DNA of 62,920 nt, the filler included, from Octopus bimaculoides (Eukaryota), in the NCBI RefSeq assembly GCF_001194135.2. It is 4 parts of 3 records of this genome, joined end to end, with 100 filler letters (N's around TTAATTAATTAA, not from the genome) between each part and the next. Parts side by side here need not be neighbours in the genome. Positions count along the whole stretch, not along the records: positions 18,382 to 45,916 come from NC_068986.1; positions 46,017 to 59,053 come from NC_068986.1; 2 more parts are not named here. One strand, 5' to 3'. The notes beneath the pieces are model-generated. The model saw only the letters and a list, made by a program, of their open reading frames with translations, had not been told where the DNA came from and searched no databases. This document shows, piece by piece, positions 39,401 through 51,466 of the stretch; position 1 is the first letter of the stretch, and the number at the start of each line of letters is the position of its first letter. A program made the position numbers and the translations under genes.

Positions 39401-40261
39401 AAAGTGATCATATAATTAGATGGAATCAAATAATTAGGTGAAGATTTTTTAAATATCTTGCACATTTATTTCCGCTCGTCTTACAAATTGAATTTTCAAA
39501 ACTTGTAATAAGTGTATTTTTTCTTCGAGAATCTCAGTTGTTCGTAGTTTCTGCCGCCAAATTTACTGACAAAGTTTCCAGTAATCATAGGTACTAATGT
39601 GAACCTTTTGTAAGAGTACGAGAATAGCTGTCGGTTCTAAAGCAACTGTCAATAATTGTTTCGTTTTTCCTATCGTCTTCTACTAAGATACTTTACATCT
39701 GCTTGTTAAAACTCTATTGACTTCAACAAAAGGGCAGGCTTTCCGAGATATATGTAGGTGGTGTGGTTTAACACGACAATCTGACAGTTGGTTACCCTTA
39801 GTAAAGTTGAATTTGTGCCAAGCATTCAAACCAGATTTCATTTCCCTCCATCTCACGTGTTTCCAATGGACATTGAACTATAGATGTCCATTTGTGTTGA
39901 GGGGCTCTGCAATGACCATAAATGCTGTTTCCTCACTGACTAACTAATAAAAAAAATATCATACCTGTAGTTTAAACAGATCTGGAAGCTTTGCCTATGT
40001 TCTTAAAATTCTTTTTGCAGGAAGATATATGTTCAAGATCGATGAATTCTGTTATTCTTCAGGACAGTTCATCTCACATGTGACATTATATATTGTTTCC
40101 ACAATTCTATCATATTCCATAGGAAGACAATACCCGAATAATAGTCTTGGTTGCTTCAATAGCCCAGTCTATGCTTCAATAGCCCAGTCACAGTGTATGT
40201 GAGATTACTCTTCATCTATATCTGTCAGGATATATGAATACATGCATACTTATTACGGTGC

Positions 40262-40329
40262 GCATATATTCGATGCATATATTCGATGCATATATTCGAT
40301 GCATATATTCGATGCATATATTCGATGCA
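40262..40329. repeat. 13-bp tandem repeat, (GCATATATTCGAT)x5
   Basis: Five perfect copies read directly. Confidence 0.95.
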
Positions 40330-41429
40330 GCAATCTCAAAGAGAGAAGCTTTGTAATATTTCCCAAATCTTCATTATATCACAAATTGAAAAATTCTTTG
40401 TGTTTCGAGGACATGCTCTTCCTTGGAAAACTTCAACATTTCGATGTTTTTCCGCAAATCTGATCCCACATAGCCAAACGTACTTATGATTAGAGATATA
40501 AAGGGAAGTTTATAACCCGATTAAGAGAACTGTAAGTTCCTCATTAGTTTGCCATTTAAGTTTTTTTTTTTTTTTTGGCACTATTTAAACGAGACATTTA
40601 GATCAATCTGCAGTTGACCACTACAACAACGCATGACACATGCTCCCTGTCTCATGGGACAGTATCTGATCTGTTGTACTTGCAATGCAACACAGAACAT
40701 ATAAACGACATCTCAGAATATGCCTCTGCGATGCTGTATTCTATCAGTGATAATACAATCACTCTTTGTGTTTAATTTGTGTTATGTATGTATATATGTA
40801 TGTATTGGCACCAATAATGTCAATGAAGTGGAGAGGGTCTATGAGGTGTTATGCAAGCCTCATTGGACCTAAAACTCAGCACAGGCATTGCCGACCTCTG
40901 CTTTTTTCCCCTATATATATATTTATCTTATTTTTAGTGAGCAGGGCTCATTAGCCACCAACGGAGCCGCAAATGCAAAATATAAGTTAGTTCTAGAGTG
41001 CACAATGTTCCTGAAGGTCGGCAATGGTCTTCCTCGGTCACGAGTGGACGGCCATCATCATGTATGTATGTATGTATGTATGTATGTATGCATGTATGCA
41101 TGTATGTATGTTTGCTTGCATAGAGTATCATCTAAGTGAAAACTACTTGCAGAAAATAGTCAAGATGACGATCAAACTTTGATTTCGGGAAAATGAAAGG
41201 AATCGGATATTCCTCCTTGCTCTGCCAGTTACACTCGTTCACCTTCCATAAAATGTTGTCAAAATGTAGGACCACTTTCTGCTTTCTGTCTCTTTTAACT
41301 TTGGATACAATGGACACTTGAAAATAGAAAACTGAATGAAAGAGAAACGGCAAAGGTCTGCTACTCCTGTTATTGGGTGAAATTAAGAAAACGGATAATG
41401 GTGCCTGCCAAGCCAGTTACACACATGCT

Positions 41430-41488
41430 CCCTCTCTCTCTCCCTCTCTCTCTCCCTCTCTCTCTCCCTCTCTCTATCTCTCTCTCCC

Positions 41489-41572
<84 letters not shown>
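41430..41572. repeat. (CT)n polypyrimidine microsatellite
   Basis: Direct reading. Confidence 0.95.
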
Positions 41573-41576
<4 letters not shown>

Positions 41577-43107
41577 TTAAATTTCGCTACAATGGACACT
41601 TGAAAATAGTATCTCGTTCCATGTGGAAACCTGACTCAAGGCCTTCCTGGCTCTTCCCCTTTATTTCCTTTCCTGACGAAAACCACGAGAGATAAAGTGG
41701 TCAGCTCATCGAACAATGGATGCATTCAGGATACGGTCGAACAACTATGAGATCCTTCTACATTCACGTGATGATGCTATAAACTCGCCGGACAATGAAA
41801 GAGTGACTGATTAACTTGGTGCGGCATGAACTAAGTGTTTGTATATGTATATGTATATATATATGTGTGTGTGTGTTATGGAACTTTCGAAGTCTCAGTT
41901 ATGCTAAAACGCATGGCACAGATATAAAGTGAAAAATTGTTGTTTCCTTTGAAAGACAAACAAAAGGTATCGTGTTGTGTCTTGAAAGGGAAGGTGTGGA
42001 GTCTGATGTTAGAGAGTGTGGATCGATTCCGGCAAAGAGGAAATCATCAGTGCATAGAAATAGATTAAGTAAACTATGAAAAAATACAGGAGAGTAAATA
42101 CGCAATTCACACGTTTTTTAATAGAGCGTAGAGTCTATGGACACAATTTAGATATCAACAAAATTATTGTACTATTTCGCTAAGATTTTAGTAAAATCTA
42201 GTATTTCGTTATAAATCGTTTCTTACATAGGTACATAAGAACTATATGAGAAAGAAGGGAAGCAGGCTCAGTCGATTAAATCGACTCCCCAGAACTTGAG
42301 TGGCACTTTGTTTGGTAGTTTATTGCATCATCAATTGGTGAATGCAACGGGCATATTATGGCTTTATTAGACCTTCTCTGCAAAGCATATTCTGTTCAGT
42401 TGGTAAAACTAAGATTGATTAATATACACGTGTGAGATTGTACATATATATNNNNNNNNNNTATATATATACATATATATATATATACTCACCGGAGTAA
42501 AATAGGAATCACAGTGGTCCATAGGTATAAAATAGCTGAGAACCATTACCTTAACCATTTAGCATTTAAACCGGCCATATCTGGCAAAATAGTCTACCTG
42601 TACTATGTTCAAATCAGCTAGACGTAGCCTCTCACACCTACCCTGTAATGTCATTCTAAAAACAGATAAATAGATAATCACAGCATGAGAATCTCGAAGC
42701 TACAAGATAATACATGATTAATTCAAAATAATGCGAATAACTAAGCATAATACTAGAGACAGTATGCACTGGTATGCACAACGAAGACTGACACGGCTGG
42801 TAGCAAGAGCCACAGGTATCAGTATATATCGTTAAGGTGTGATACGTTTTCTGGATCTTTTTTAAAACGGGGGCCACATTTTTCATTAACGAAACACTTT
42901 GAAACTTGGAACACTGGTAGAATGTGTCATATAAAACATCTTTTTCTCTTAGTCTTCTTTAAAAAAAAAGAAATCCATAAGTTATTCCATGTTAAAGTTG
43001 TCGTATTTCTGTAATTTCAACCAATCACTGACGTCCATTCAGCCGATATACATTAAGTGCCGACTACATAAACAAACGATTCTGAAACAATTCTATCGGT
43101 GATAGGG

Positions 43108-43137
43108 TTAGGGTTAGGGTTAGGGTTAGGGTTAGGG
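43108..43137 (+). repeat. Interstitial (TTAGGG)5
   Basis: Five perfect units preceded by TAGGG. Confidence 0.95.
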
Positions 43138-44438
43138 TAAAACAGCAAATTTAAAAAGAAAAAAGCAAATAAAACGAAGAAAAAGAGAAGAAAATGAAAA
43201 AAGCAAATTTAAAATGAAAAAAGCAAATAAAACGAAGCTATGGCTTANNNNNNNNNNNNNNNNNNNNNNNNNNNNNNNNNNNNNNNNNNNNNNNNNNNNN
43301 NNNNNNNNNNNNNNNNNNNNNNNNNNNNNNNNNNNNNNNNNNNNNNNNNNNNNNNNNNNNNNNNNNNNNNNNNNNNNNNNNNNNNNNNNNNNNNNNNNNN
43401 NNNNNNNNNNNNNNNNNNNNNNNNNNNNNNNNNNNNNNNNNNNNNNNNNNNNNNNNNNNNNNNNNNNNNNNNNNNNNNNNNNNNNNNNNNNNNNNNNNNN
43501 NNNNNNNNNNNNNNNNNNNNNNNNNNNNNNNNNNNNNNNNNNNNNNNNNNNNNNNNNNNNNNNNNNNNNNNNNNNNNNNNNNNNNNNNNNNNNNNNNNNN
43601 NNNNNNNNNNNNNNNNNNNNNNNNNNNNNNNNNNNNNNNNNNNNNNNNNNNNNNNNNNNNNNNNNNNNNNNNNNNNNNNNNNNNNNNNNNNNNNNNNNNN
43701 NNNNNNNNNNNNNNNNNNNNNNNNNNNNNNNNNNNNNNNNNNNNNNNNNNNNNNNNNNNNNNNNNNNNNNNNNNNNNNNNNNNNNNNNNNNNNNNNNNNN
43801 NNNNNNNNNNNNNNNNNNNNNNNNNNNNNNNNNNNNNNNNNNNNNNNNNNNNNNNNNNNNNNNNNNNNNNNNNNNNNNNNNNNNNNNNNNNNNNNNNNNN
43901 NNNNNNNNNNNNNNNNNNNNNNNNNNNNNNNNNNNNNNNNNNNNNNNNNNNNNNNNNNNNNNNNNNNNNNNNNNNNNNNNNNNNNNNNNNNNNNNNNNNN
44001 NNNNNNNNNNNNNNNNNNNNNNNNNNNNNNNNNNNNNNNNNNNNNNNNNNNNNGTGTGTGTGTGTGTGTGTGTGAGTGTCTGTTATTTTCTCACGTCTGC
44101 CAGACATTAATCATTTAAACCAGACAAATCAGTTCTTTAGTGAAATAGATATAATTTCCTTGTTTTCGTATTATATTTTTGTGTGGAAGAAAAGAAGAAG
44201 AAGAAGAGAGAGAAAGAGAGAGAGTGTGTGTGTGTGTGTGTGTGTGTGAGGGAAAACGTTAACAGTCTGAGAATCAGGCAAAGACATACAGACAGGTACA
44301 CATACACAAACACACCTACATGTATAAGAATATATGTATGCATGTATGTGTGTGTACGTGAATATATATATATATATATATATATACACGTTTATGTATG
44401 TATGTATGTATGTATGTATATGTATGTATGTACAGTGA

Positions 44439-44478
<40 letters not shown>

Positions 44479-44959
44479 GGCAGAGAGAATTAGATAGAGG
44501 TGAAACAAAGGTGCAGTCAGAATGAGAACGTGTCGAAAAGAATATAGAGGACAACTTTACGTTTTTCTTTCTATACAGAACAATAAAACAACGATTGAAA
44601 TAAATGAAAACAAATATAAAAGTCGCTGCATGACTCAGCAAACGAAATAAATTCTCTGTATTGGCAGCTATGACTATATATATATATATATATATATTCT
44701 TTTCTTTCTGATATTGTCTTAAATCTGTTTTAGGTATCTTCAAGGTACGTCAAAAATAACAGGTAATAAACGACTCAATGCTATTACAAGGCACAATTTT
44801 TAGTTTGCAATCTGATAACAATCTACACAAAAGTGCGCTTATATTTGACAGTGAACTAGAGTTCAGATAGTTTTTCCTCCTTTTTTTCTTTTTCTTTTTC
44901 TTTTTTTTTTTTTTGCATTTTATGCACCTGGTAATAGCGTGTCAACGTATAAGCGTATT

Positions 44960-45060
44960 AGATCGATAAAATAAGTATCAGTTGTGTACTGGGGCTGATG
45001 TAATCGACTAGCCCCCTCCACAAAATGTCAAGCCTTGTACCTATAGTAGAAGAGATTATT
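44960..45060 (+). mobile_element. SINE family A 3' fragment
   Basis: GATAAAATAAGTATCAG...GATGTAATCGACTAGCCCC...AGCCTTGTACCTATAGTAGAAGAGATTATT. Confidence 0.7.
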
Positions 45061-45432
45061 ACCTCCGCCTTAGCGAAGGCGGAGGTATTGTTTCAGTCGT
45101 GTTTGTTTGTTTGTTTGTCTGTCTGTCCGTGGACAAGATATCTCAAGTACCGCTGGATGGATTCGGGTGAAACTTTCTGGGATGTTTGGCCTCGTGACAT
45201 GCACGAACCGATTAGATTTTGGGATCGATCCGGTACCGGTCAAGGATTCTGGATTATTTTTCCTTTTTTTTATATACTTAACTTTTGAGAGCGGTCGGGT
45301 TCATTTTTAGTATTCTCGTTTGTGAGAGCAGTCCAGTTTATTTCAGATATTCTCACTCTAAAAATCATCTCCGGTTAATCGGTGAGAAGACGCTGGTGTT
45401 GCCTCGGCGGAGATTTGCGCTCCCTAAGTATT
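45059..45432 (+). mobile_element. Helentron-associated HINE/DINE-1-like non-autonomous element
   Basis: 5' perfect 10-bp palindrome ACCTCCGCCT-tagcga-AGGCGGAGGT (45061-45086), internal (TTTG)/(TCTG) run, 3' subTIR GGCGGAG at about 45406 then short stem-loop, T-rich flanks. Confidence 0.75.
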
Positions 45433-45529
45433 CTTCTTCTTCTTATTATTATTATTATTTGATGAAAACTCACAGCTTATTTCGCTGGATATGATGGAAA
45501 GTGTCAGCTCTCCACAGCCAGCAGACTAA

Positions 45530-45673
45530 GATGACACTTGTTTACTGGTTATGCTTCAAGAATCCCGCGATATTTGTGGGTGTTTTACCTTCACACTTTA
45601 ACCATAGTAACACCTTGTTTTGTATTGTCCCGAATTGTTTTTGTGTTCGGCCCCTGTAGCCAATAAAGAAAGG

Positions 45674-45675
<2 letters not shown>
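45530..45675 (+). mobile_element. Probable Tx1-like LINE 3' tail ending in (ATT)n
   Basis: T-rich UTR ending CGGCCCCTGTAGCCAATAAAGAAAGG-(ATT)n, similar to the 3' end at 10736-10760. Confidence 0.45.
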
Positions 45676-45746
<71 letters not shown>

Positions 45747-45747
45747 G

Positions 45748-45900
45748 TCAAGACGAAGAGTGCGATTTTAGATGTTTTATTTTTTGAACAACATTTCGAC
45801 AGAACGTCTGTCTTTCTCAAGTTCAAACCAAAAGGTGATTGAAAATTCAAAATTTCAGAAACCAAACGTAAACTATGAACGTGAGTAACCAGCGTCCATA
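45748..45900 (-). repeat. Young non-coding repeat (family D) next to (TAA)n; near-identical copy at 54536-54678
   Basis: About 140 bp shared with only a few mismatches. Confidence 0.8.
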
Positions 45901-45916
45901 CGTTGATAGAATGACA

Positions 45917-46016
45917 NNNNNNNNNNNNNNNNNNNNNNNNNNNNNNNNNNNNNNNNNNNNTTAATTAATTAANNNNNNNNNNNNNNNNNNNNNNNNNNNN
46001 NNNNNNNNNNNNNNNN
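45917..46016. other. Artificial scaffold-join spacer
   Basis: 44N-TTAATTAATTAA-44N. Confidence 0.9.
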
Positions 46017-46129
<113 letters not shown>

Positions 46130-46384
46130 GCACAACATCGAAAAAAAAGTTTTTAGAACAAATAAAAGGGCAGTCCTCAGTCATAATATCTATCAATATA
46201 CTTGAATTACTTTACAAATACGTAAAATACAAGAATATTCTCTCTTTAAAACAATTAAATTCGAAACTAAAAAGCCTAACTATAAATGATAAAATAATTT
46301 AAATATTTATTCTAACTGATTTGAGTACATAGACTTTTATATGGGATATTTGTTTGATCATCACTTAATATTGACATTGGTGGA

Positions 46385-46820
46385 GAGCGGCGGACTGAGA
46401 GATCCGTTAGCAGGCCGGACAAAATGCTTAGTAGCATTTTGACCGTCTTTACGCTTTAGTTCAAATTCTGCCAAGGTCGACTATGCCTTTTATAGTTTAG
46501 GAGTCGATAAAATAAGTACCAGTTGAGCACTGGGTAAATTTAATCGAGCTAACCCGTCGCTCAAAATTGCTGGCTTTGTGCCAGAATTTGAAACCGATGT
46601 TGGTTTTGGCAGAGGGCGGCGATCTGGTAGAATCGTGCGCAGGCCACCAAAATGCTTACCAGCCGTTCTTACGCCTCTGCGTCATGAGTGCAAATACTGC
46701 CGAGAGCTATTTGACCTTCGTCATTTCGGGGTCGATGAAATAAATACCAGCTGAACATAGCAGTTAATGTAATTGAGACCCTACCCGGAGAATTTCTGAC
46801 CTTGCACCAAAATTAGATAG
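46385..46820 (+). mobile_element. Two tandem diverged family A SINEs
   Basis: Heads GCGGCGGACTGAGAGATCCGTTAGC and GGCGGCGATCTGGTAGAATCG; bodies TAGTTCAAATTCTGCC...GTCGATAAAATAAGTACCAG and TTTCGGGGTCGATGAAATAAATACCAG. Confidence 0.75.
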
Positions 46821-47199
46821 AATATTGCTTTTGGGTGCAAACTTTCAGAGCCTCCAGTGTATCAGGTTCTTTTGCAGTATTCGTTCGGGCTCTTTGTTTT
46901 CTGAGTTCAAATACTAGCGCAATCATGAGTCTTTCGTTGTTGCGCAGTGGATGAATATAGAACCAATGCTTTGCGAGTAGAATCTTCGCCGTCTCTCTCT
47001 CTTCCTCTCTCTCACTCTCTCCCTCTCTCTCACTCTCTCTCTTGCTATCTCTCCATACCTCTGGATGAAATCGGTTGGGTTAAATATGCCTGGAAAAATA
47101 AGCCTAAAGCGTGCAGTATTTCACAAATGCGATCCTACGACTTCATCAGAGGAATCAAAGAAAGAAGGCCAACTCGTCATAAAATAATATTCTTTTCTA

Positions 47200-47645
47200 T
47201 TCTAGGCACAAGGCCTCAATTTTATTTTTTTTGCTGGGGTGGGGGGAGGTCAGTCGATTAGATCGATCCAGTACGCAACTGGTACTTAATTTATCGACCC
47301 CGAAACGATGAAAGACAAAGTCGACCTCGGCGAAATTTGAACTCAGAACGTAAAGACAGACGAAATTCCGCTAAGCATTTCGTCCGGCGTTCTAACGTTT
47401 CTACCAGATCACCGCCCTAAACATTTATTATTTTCTACTCTAGGCACAAGGCCTGAAATTTCTGGGGAGGAGGCCAGTCGATTAGATCGACCCCAGTACG
47501 CAACTGGCACGTAATTTAATCGACCCCGAAAGGATGAAAAATCAAAATCGACCTCGGTGGAATTTGAACTCAGAACATAACGACAGCCGAAATACCGCCA
47601 AGTATTTCGCCCGGCATGCTAACGGTTCTTCCATCTCGCCGCCTT
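47200..47645 (-). mobile_element. Two tandem family A SINEs
   Basis: Each reads TTCTAGGCACAAGGCC...ATCGACCCCGAAA...GACCTCGG...GAATTTGAACTCAGAAC...CGCC on the plus strand. Confidence 0.88.
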
Positions 47646-47784
47646 CGTCATAGAATAATATTCGATGACATACTACACGATCGCTAAAGATATGATTACC
47701 CATTCCCTTCGGCTCTATTTTATGTCCACATAGCAATCATGAGATTGTTTTACAATACGACGTTATTTGTTTTGTCTTAGGCTC

Positions 47785-47930
47785 TAGCATGGCCTTGTGG
47801 TTGAGAAGCTCGCCTGGAACCAAATGGTTTCAGGTTCAGTCCCACTACACAGAATTTGCAAAGTATTTTCTAATATAGCCCTAGGTCGACCAATATCTTG
47901 TGAAACGGAAACTGTGTGAAAGATCTTCGT
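47785..47930 (+). mobile_element. Diverged family B-like tRNA-derived SINE
   Basis: GCATGGCCTTGTGGTTGAGAAGCTCGC...GGTTCAGTCCCACT head. Confidence 0.65.
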
Positions 47931-48729
47931 GGACTGGTGAGACAATGGTGGGGGCTATATTCAAATCTGAGCCTTGTGAACTCCCTGAATAACTGAATCA
48001 TGGTGAAGACTACTAATGACTAAGTGATGGGTTTAAATGGATGAGGAATCAACTAAGAAGTCCCCAAGACTGTCGCCGGTCAATCGCCCTGGAATGGCAT
48101 TTTCTTTATGGACCCTGAGGGAATGAAAGGTAGAAACTGATTGTTGTGGAATAGAAGCGCAGATTGCAGAAAACTGGAACAAATACCAAGAACGTCTCAC
48201 CCGACCTTCCATGATTCTACCCGAAACTAAAAAAATTCGTGTTGTTTCATTCATTTGGATTTGGTGCTGGTTCGAATTGTAAGATTCATAATTCTTCCAA
48301 CGGTAAATTGAAATTTCTTTTGATATGCCCTTAACGTGGAATAGAAACTAGATTCTTTTATTTAAATTCAAGCATTGCAGTTAATAAATCATTCCTAAGA
48401 AAACGAACAAAGCAGATGAAGTGAATTGCATTTACAAGAGAAGCCTACAAAAAACCTTACTCTCTCGGAACAAAAGTCTTTTGAATTTTAGGGTGAAATG
48501 AGAAAGCGCGGTCTCTTTGATCTTATTAAAGTCCTTAGTGAAATGCTTCAGAAGCAAACTGAAACTTCGCTGTTGATTCCGTTTCTTAAGAGCTTACCGT
48601 TTTTTCTCAAACACGTCCTTGAAACAGACTTATAAAGAATGACCTGTTACATTGCTTGATATCCAAACCATTATAATAGGTGTTTATATTTAATTTAAAC
48701 ATTCTTAGTAACTTCACATCACCTCGGAA

Positions 48730-48900
48730 GATGCAAGCGACTATGCTTAAAATTGGCATTATTGGACACATCCTGCTGTCCAATGTACGTGCCAAGTGTA
48801 TTGGAGAAACTGGGAGCAGATTCTCCAAGGAGATATTGCATTATTAACATCGGAAACCTTTGAACATCAGAGTGTAAGCAAATATAAACCAATATATTGG
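48730..48900 (+). mobile_element. Possible Penelope-like GIY-YIG remnant
   Basis: AKCIGETGSRFSK resembles YIGETGRxL; very degenerate. Confidence 0.3.
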
Positions 48901-49130
48901 TGTTCCCATTTTGGCCCCAAACCAAACATCCGTTGTGGAGTGGTACAAGTGATTATTCGAATTCTTCACATGTTCGTTATGTATTTTATCTTCCAGATTT
49001 GGTCGTAGATTTTCGAAGAACTACGTTCTTATGTACTGAATTGTATTTCGTCCGTTGTTATATTTTATTGTCGCATCACATATTTCCTGTCTGCATTATT
49101 GATTTCTAACACTGTTACAGAACCACTTAC

Positions 49131-49208
49131 CTGTAGGCGGGTAATATTATCAATTGAATCAATCCTATTGCATGCCAGGTTACGCAGGTAACGAAATATA
49201 AAGAAAAC
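49131..49208 (-). CDS. Possible LRR-like exon (VFFIFRYLRNLACNRIDSIDNITRLQ)
   Basis: 78 bp phase 0-0, donor CAG|GTAAGT, NxIxxIxNxxxL resembles SDS22-class LRR; acceptor mediocre and LxL spacing off by one. Confidence 0.25.
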
Positions 49209-49719
49209 CTGTCAGCATGTGAATTCTGAAGAACGTTAGAATGAAAGCGTTTTATCATTTCTTCAATTTCGTTGCTTCCTTAAATTCTTGTAAAAAGAAG
49301 CTTTTTGCTACTTTTTGCTTTACTTCTGGACACATTTAGCTAATCCTATTGTAAAATATACACCTAGTGCTTATCTCCGATGACTTAAGGCCGAGAATAT
49401 GTGGTATAAATATTTAACTAGTGAGGATAATGATTTAGCTCAAGAACATTTTCTTGTTGCAAGGAAATAATTCTGTTCGGCAAGATGGCGAAATTCTTCG
49501 CTGATTCTACAGAGCCTTCTCAGTCAACAGGTGTGATTCATCCTGTTCCAGGTGCGCTGGAGATAAATTTAAAGTGGAATGGGAAATCTCATTTTGTGAT
49601 TTACCTCCCAGTTCTCAATGCTGCTAATGAATATGACTTCCTACTAGAGTTGAAACCAAGATCAACAATACTCGGCACTATTTCATAAGGCTAGGACAAC
49701 CCAAGCACAGATGCGTTTT

Positions 49720-50099
49720 CAATTTCAATATCATGTTCGCCCAGACACATGATCCCCTAGCTCAGCAGATTACAGTCCACCGGACTTTTACGTATGGGGC
49801 GTAGTCGAGAGAGAGAGAGAGGTCAATCAATACACCCATAACAGCATACAATCTCCCAAGTCCACCATAACCAGCACTGTATCCAAAATCGATAAAGATC
49901 ATCTAATGGCAACGGCATGTCAAAGCTTCTGACCCTGTATCGAAGGAGTAATTGATGCTAAAGTTAGATTTATTGAATAGATGTGATAAAAGGATTCTCA
50001 AGATTATTTGTGACATTTTGTTACAGCTTTTCTTTGATGGGCTATGAGTCTTTTTTTCAATTCATACAAATAGCCTAAAAAAAGTTGTTGCACCCTGTA
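49720..50099 (+). mobile_element. Tc1/mariner-superfamily (maT-like) 3' fragment with TIR
   Basis: PSSADYSPPDFYVWGVVER (SPDLNPLDFYVWG-like), ACQSF*PCIEGVIDAK; ends GTTGCACCCTG-TA. Confidence 0.7.
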
Positions 50100-50757
50100 T
50101 GTATATATTTATCAATTAGTGAATGCGAAAAAGAAGAGATACACAATCGCGTTCATTGGCTTACAACTGTTTCTGCTTTCAGAATCATGCACTCAAAGGT
50201 GAATTTTTTATTGTTTTACAAATGAAAGATTGATAGTAACTTCCAGATTTCGTCTGAGATGAATTTTCAGTCTGACGAAGGTAACTAAGAAGAAAGTGCG
50301 AAGTCACTGACAATATTTTCTTTATAAAAGTTGCACACTGGCCCTCCGTCGGTTACGACGATGAGTGTTCTAGTTGATCCGACCAACGAAACAATCTGTT
50401 CNNNNNNNNNNNNNNNNNNNNNNNNNNNNNNNNNNNNNNNNNNNNNNNNNNNNNNNNNNNNNNNNNNNNNNNNNNNNNNNNNNNNNNNNNNNNNNNNNNN
50501 NNNNNNNNNNNNNNNNNNNNNNNNNNNNNNNNNNNNNNNNNNNNNNNNNNNNNNNNNNNNNNNNNNNNNNNNNNNNNNNNNNNNNNNNNNNNNNNNNNNN
50601 NNNNNNNNNNNNNNNNNNNNNNNNNNNNNNNNNNNNNNNNNNNNNNNNNNNNNNNNNNNNNNNNNNNNNNNNNNNNNNNNNNNNNNNNNNNNNNNNNNNN
50701 NNNNNNNNNNNNNNNNNNNNNNNNNNNNNNNNNNNNNNNNNNNNNNNNNNNNNNNNN

Positions 50758-50789
<32 letters not shown>

Positions 50790-50793
<4 letters not shown>

Positions 50794-50940
50794 GGTCTTC
50801 TGCACAGTTTCCGTCAACCAAATTTTATAACTTACAAGCTAAAGATCAACGGGAAACTGCAGCACAAGGTATGTGACACCGCATCGAACCCAGAACCACA
50901 ATGTCGAGAAACGAACTTATTAAACCACGCATGCACACTA
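50790..50940 (-). mobile_element. Diverged tRNA-derived SINE fragment
   Basis: On minus strand GCGTGGTTTAATAAG...GGTTCTGGGTTCGATGCG head and GACGGAAACTGTGCAGAAG body. Confidence 0.5.
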
Positions 50941-51402
50941 ACTCCCTACTCCACTCTATAAACCCCTCTTCTCCCCGCGAACGTCTTGCCACACCATTTC
51001 ACACGTATCACATATGATAATGCACTAAATTTCCGCTTCCTGCTCTCTGTACAGCGCCATATTTGATGCGTTAGTGCATCTCATACGTCCCTATGTTCTT
51101 TTGTTCTATAACATTCCCACGTGACTTATGAAATGATTCTGACGTTTAAAGCAACTTTTCACACGTCATTTAACTTTGTTATGTTTTATTGGTTTTTAAA
51201 CAGACAGCACGCTGGCTGTAATCAGATTAACGATGGGTTATGGCGGTGTTCCTGCTGGTTTGCTTCTATAGTGCTGGTAGCTTTTTGCTTTTTTTTTTTA
51301 TTAGGTCCTGCTGCTGCTGCTGTTGATGTTTTTAGCTTGGTATTGTTTCTGGTTTCGTGGTGATTATAATATCGATGATAATGATTATCATTATCATCAC
51401 CT

Positions 51403-51466
<64 letters not shown>

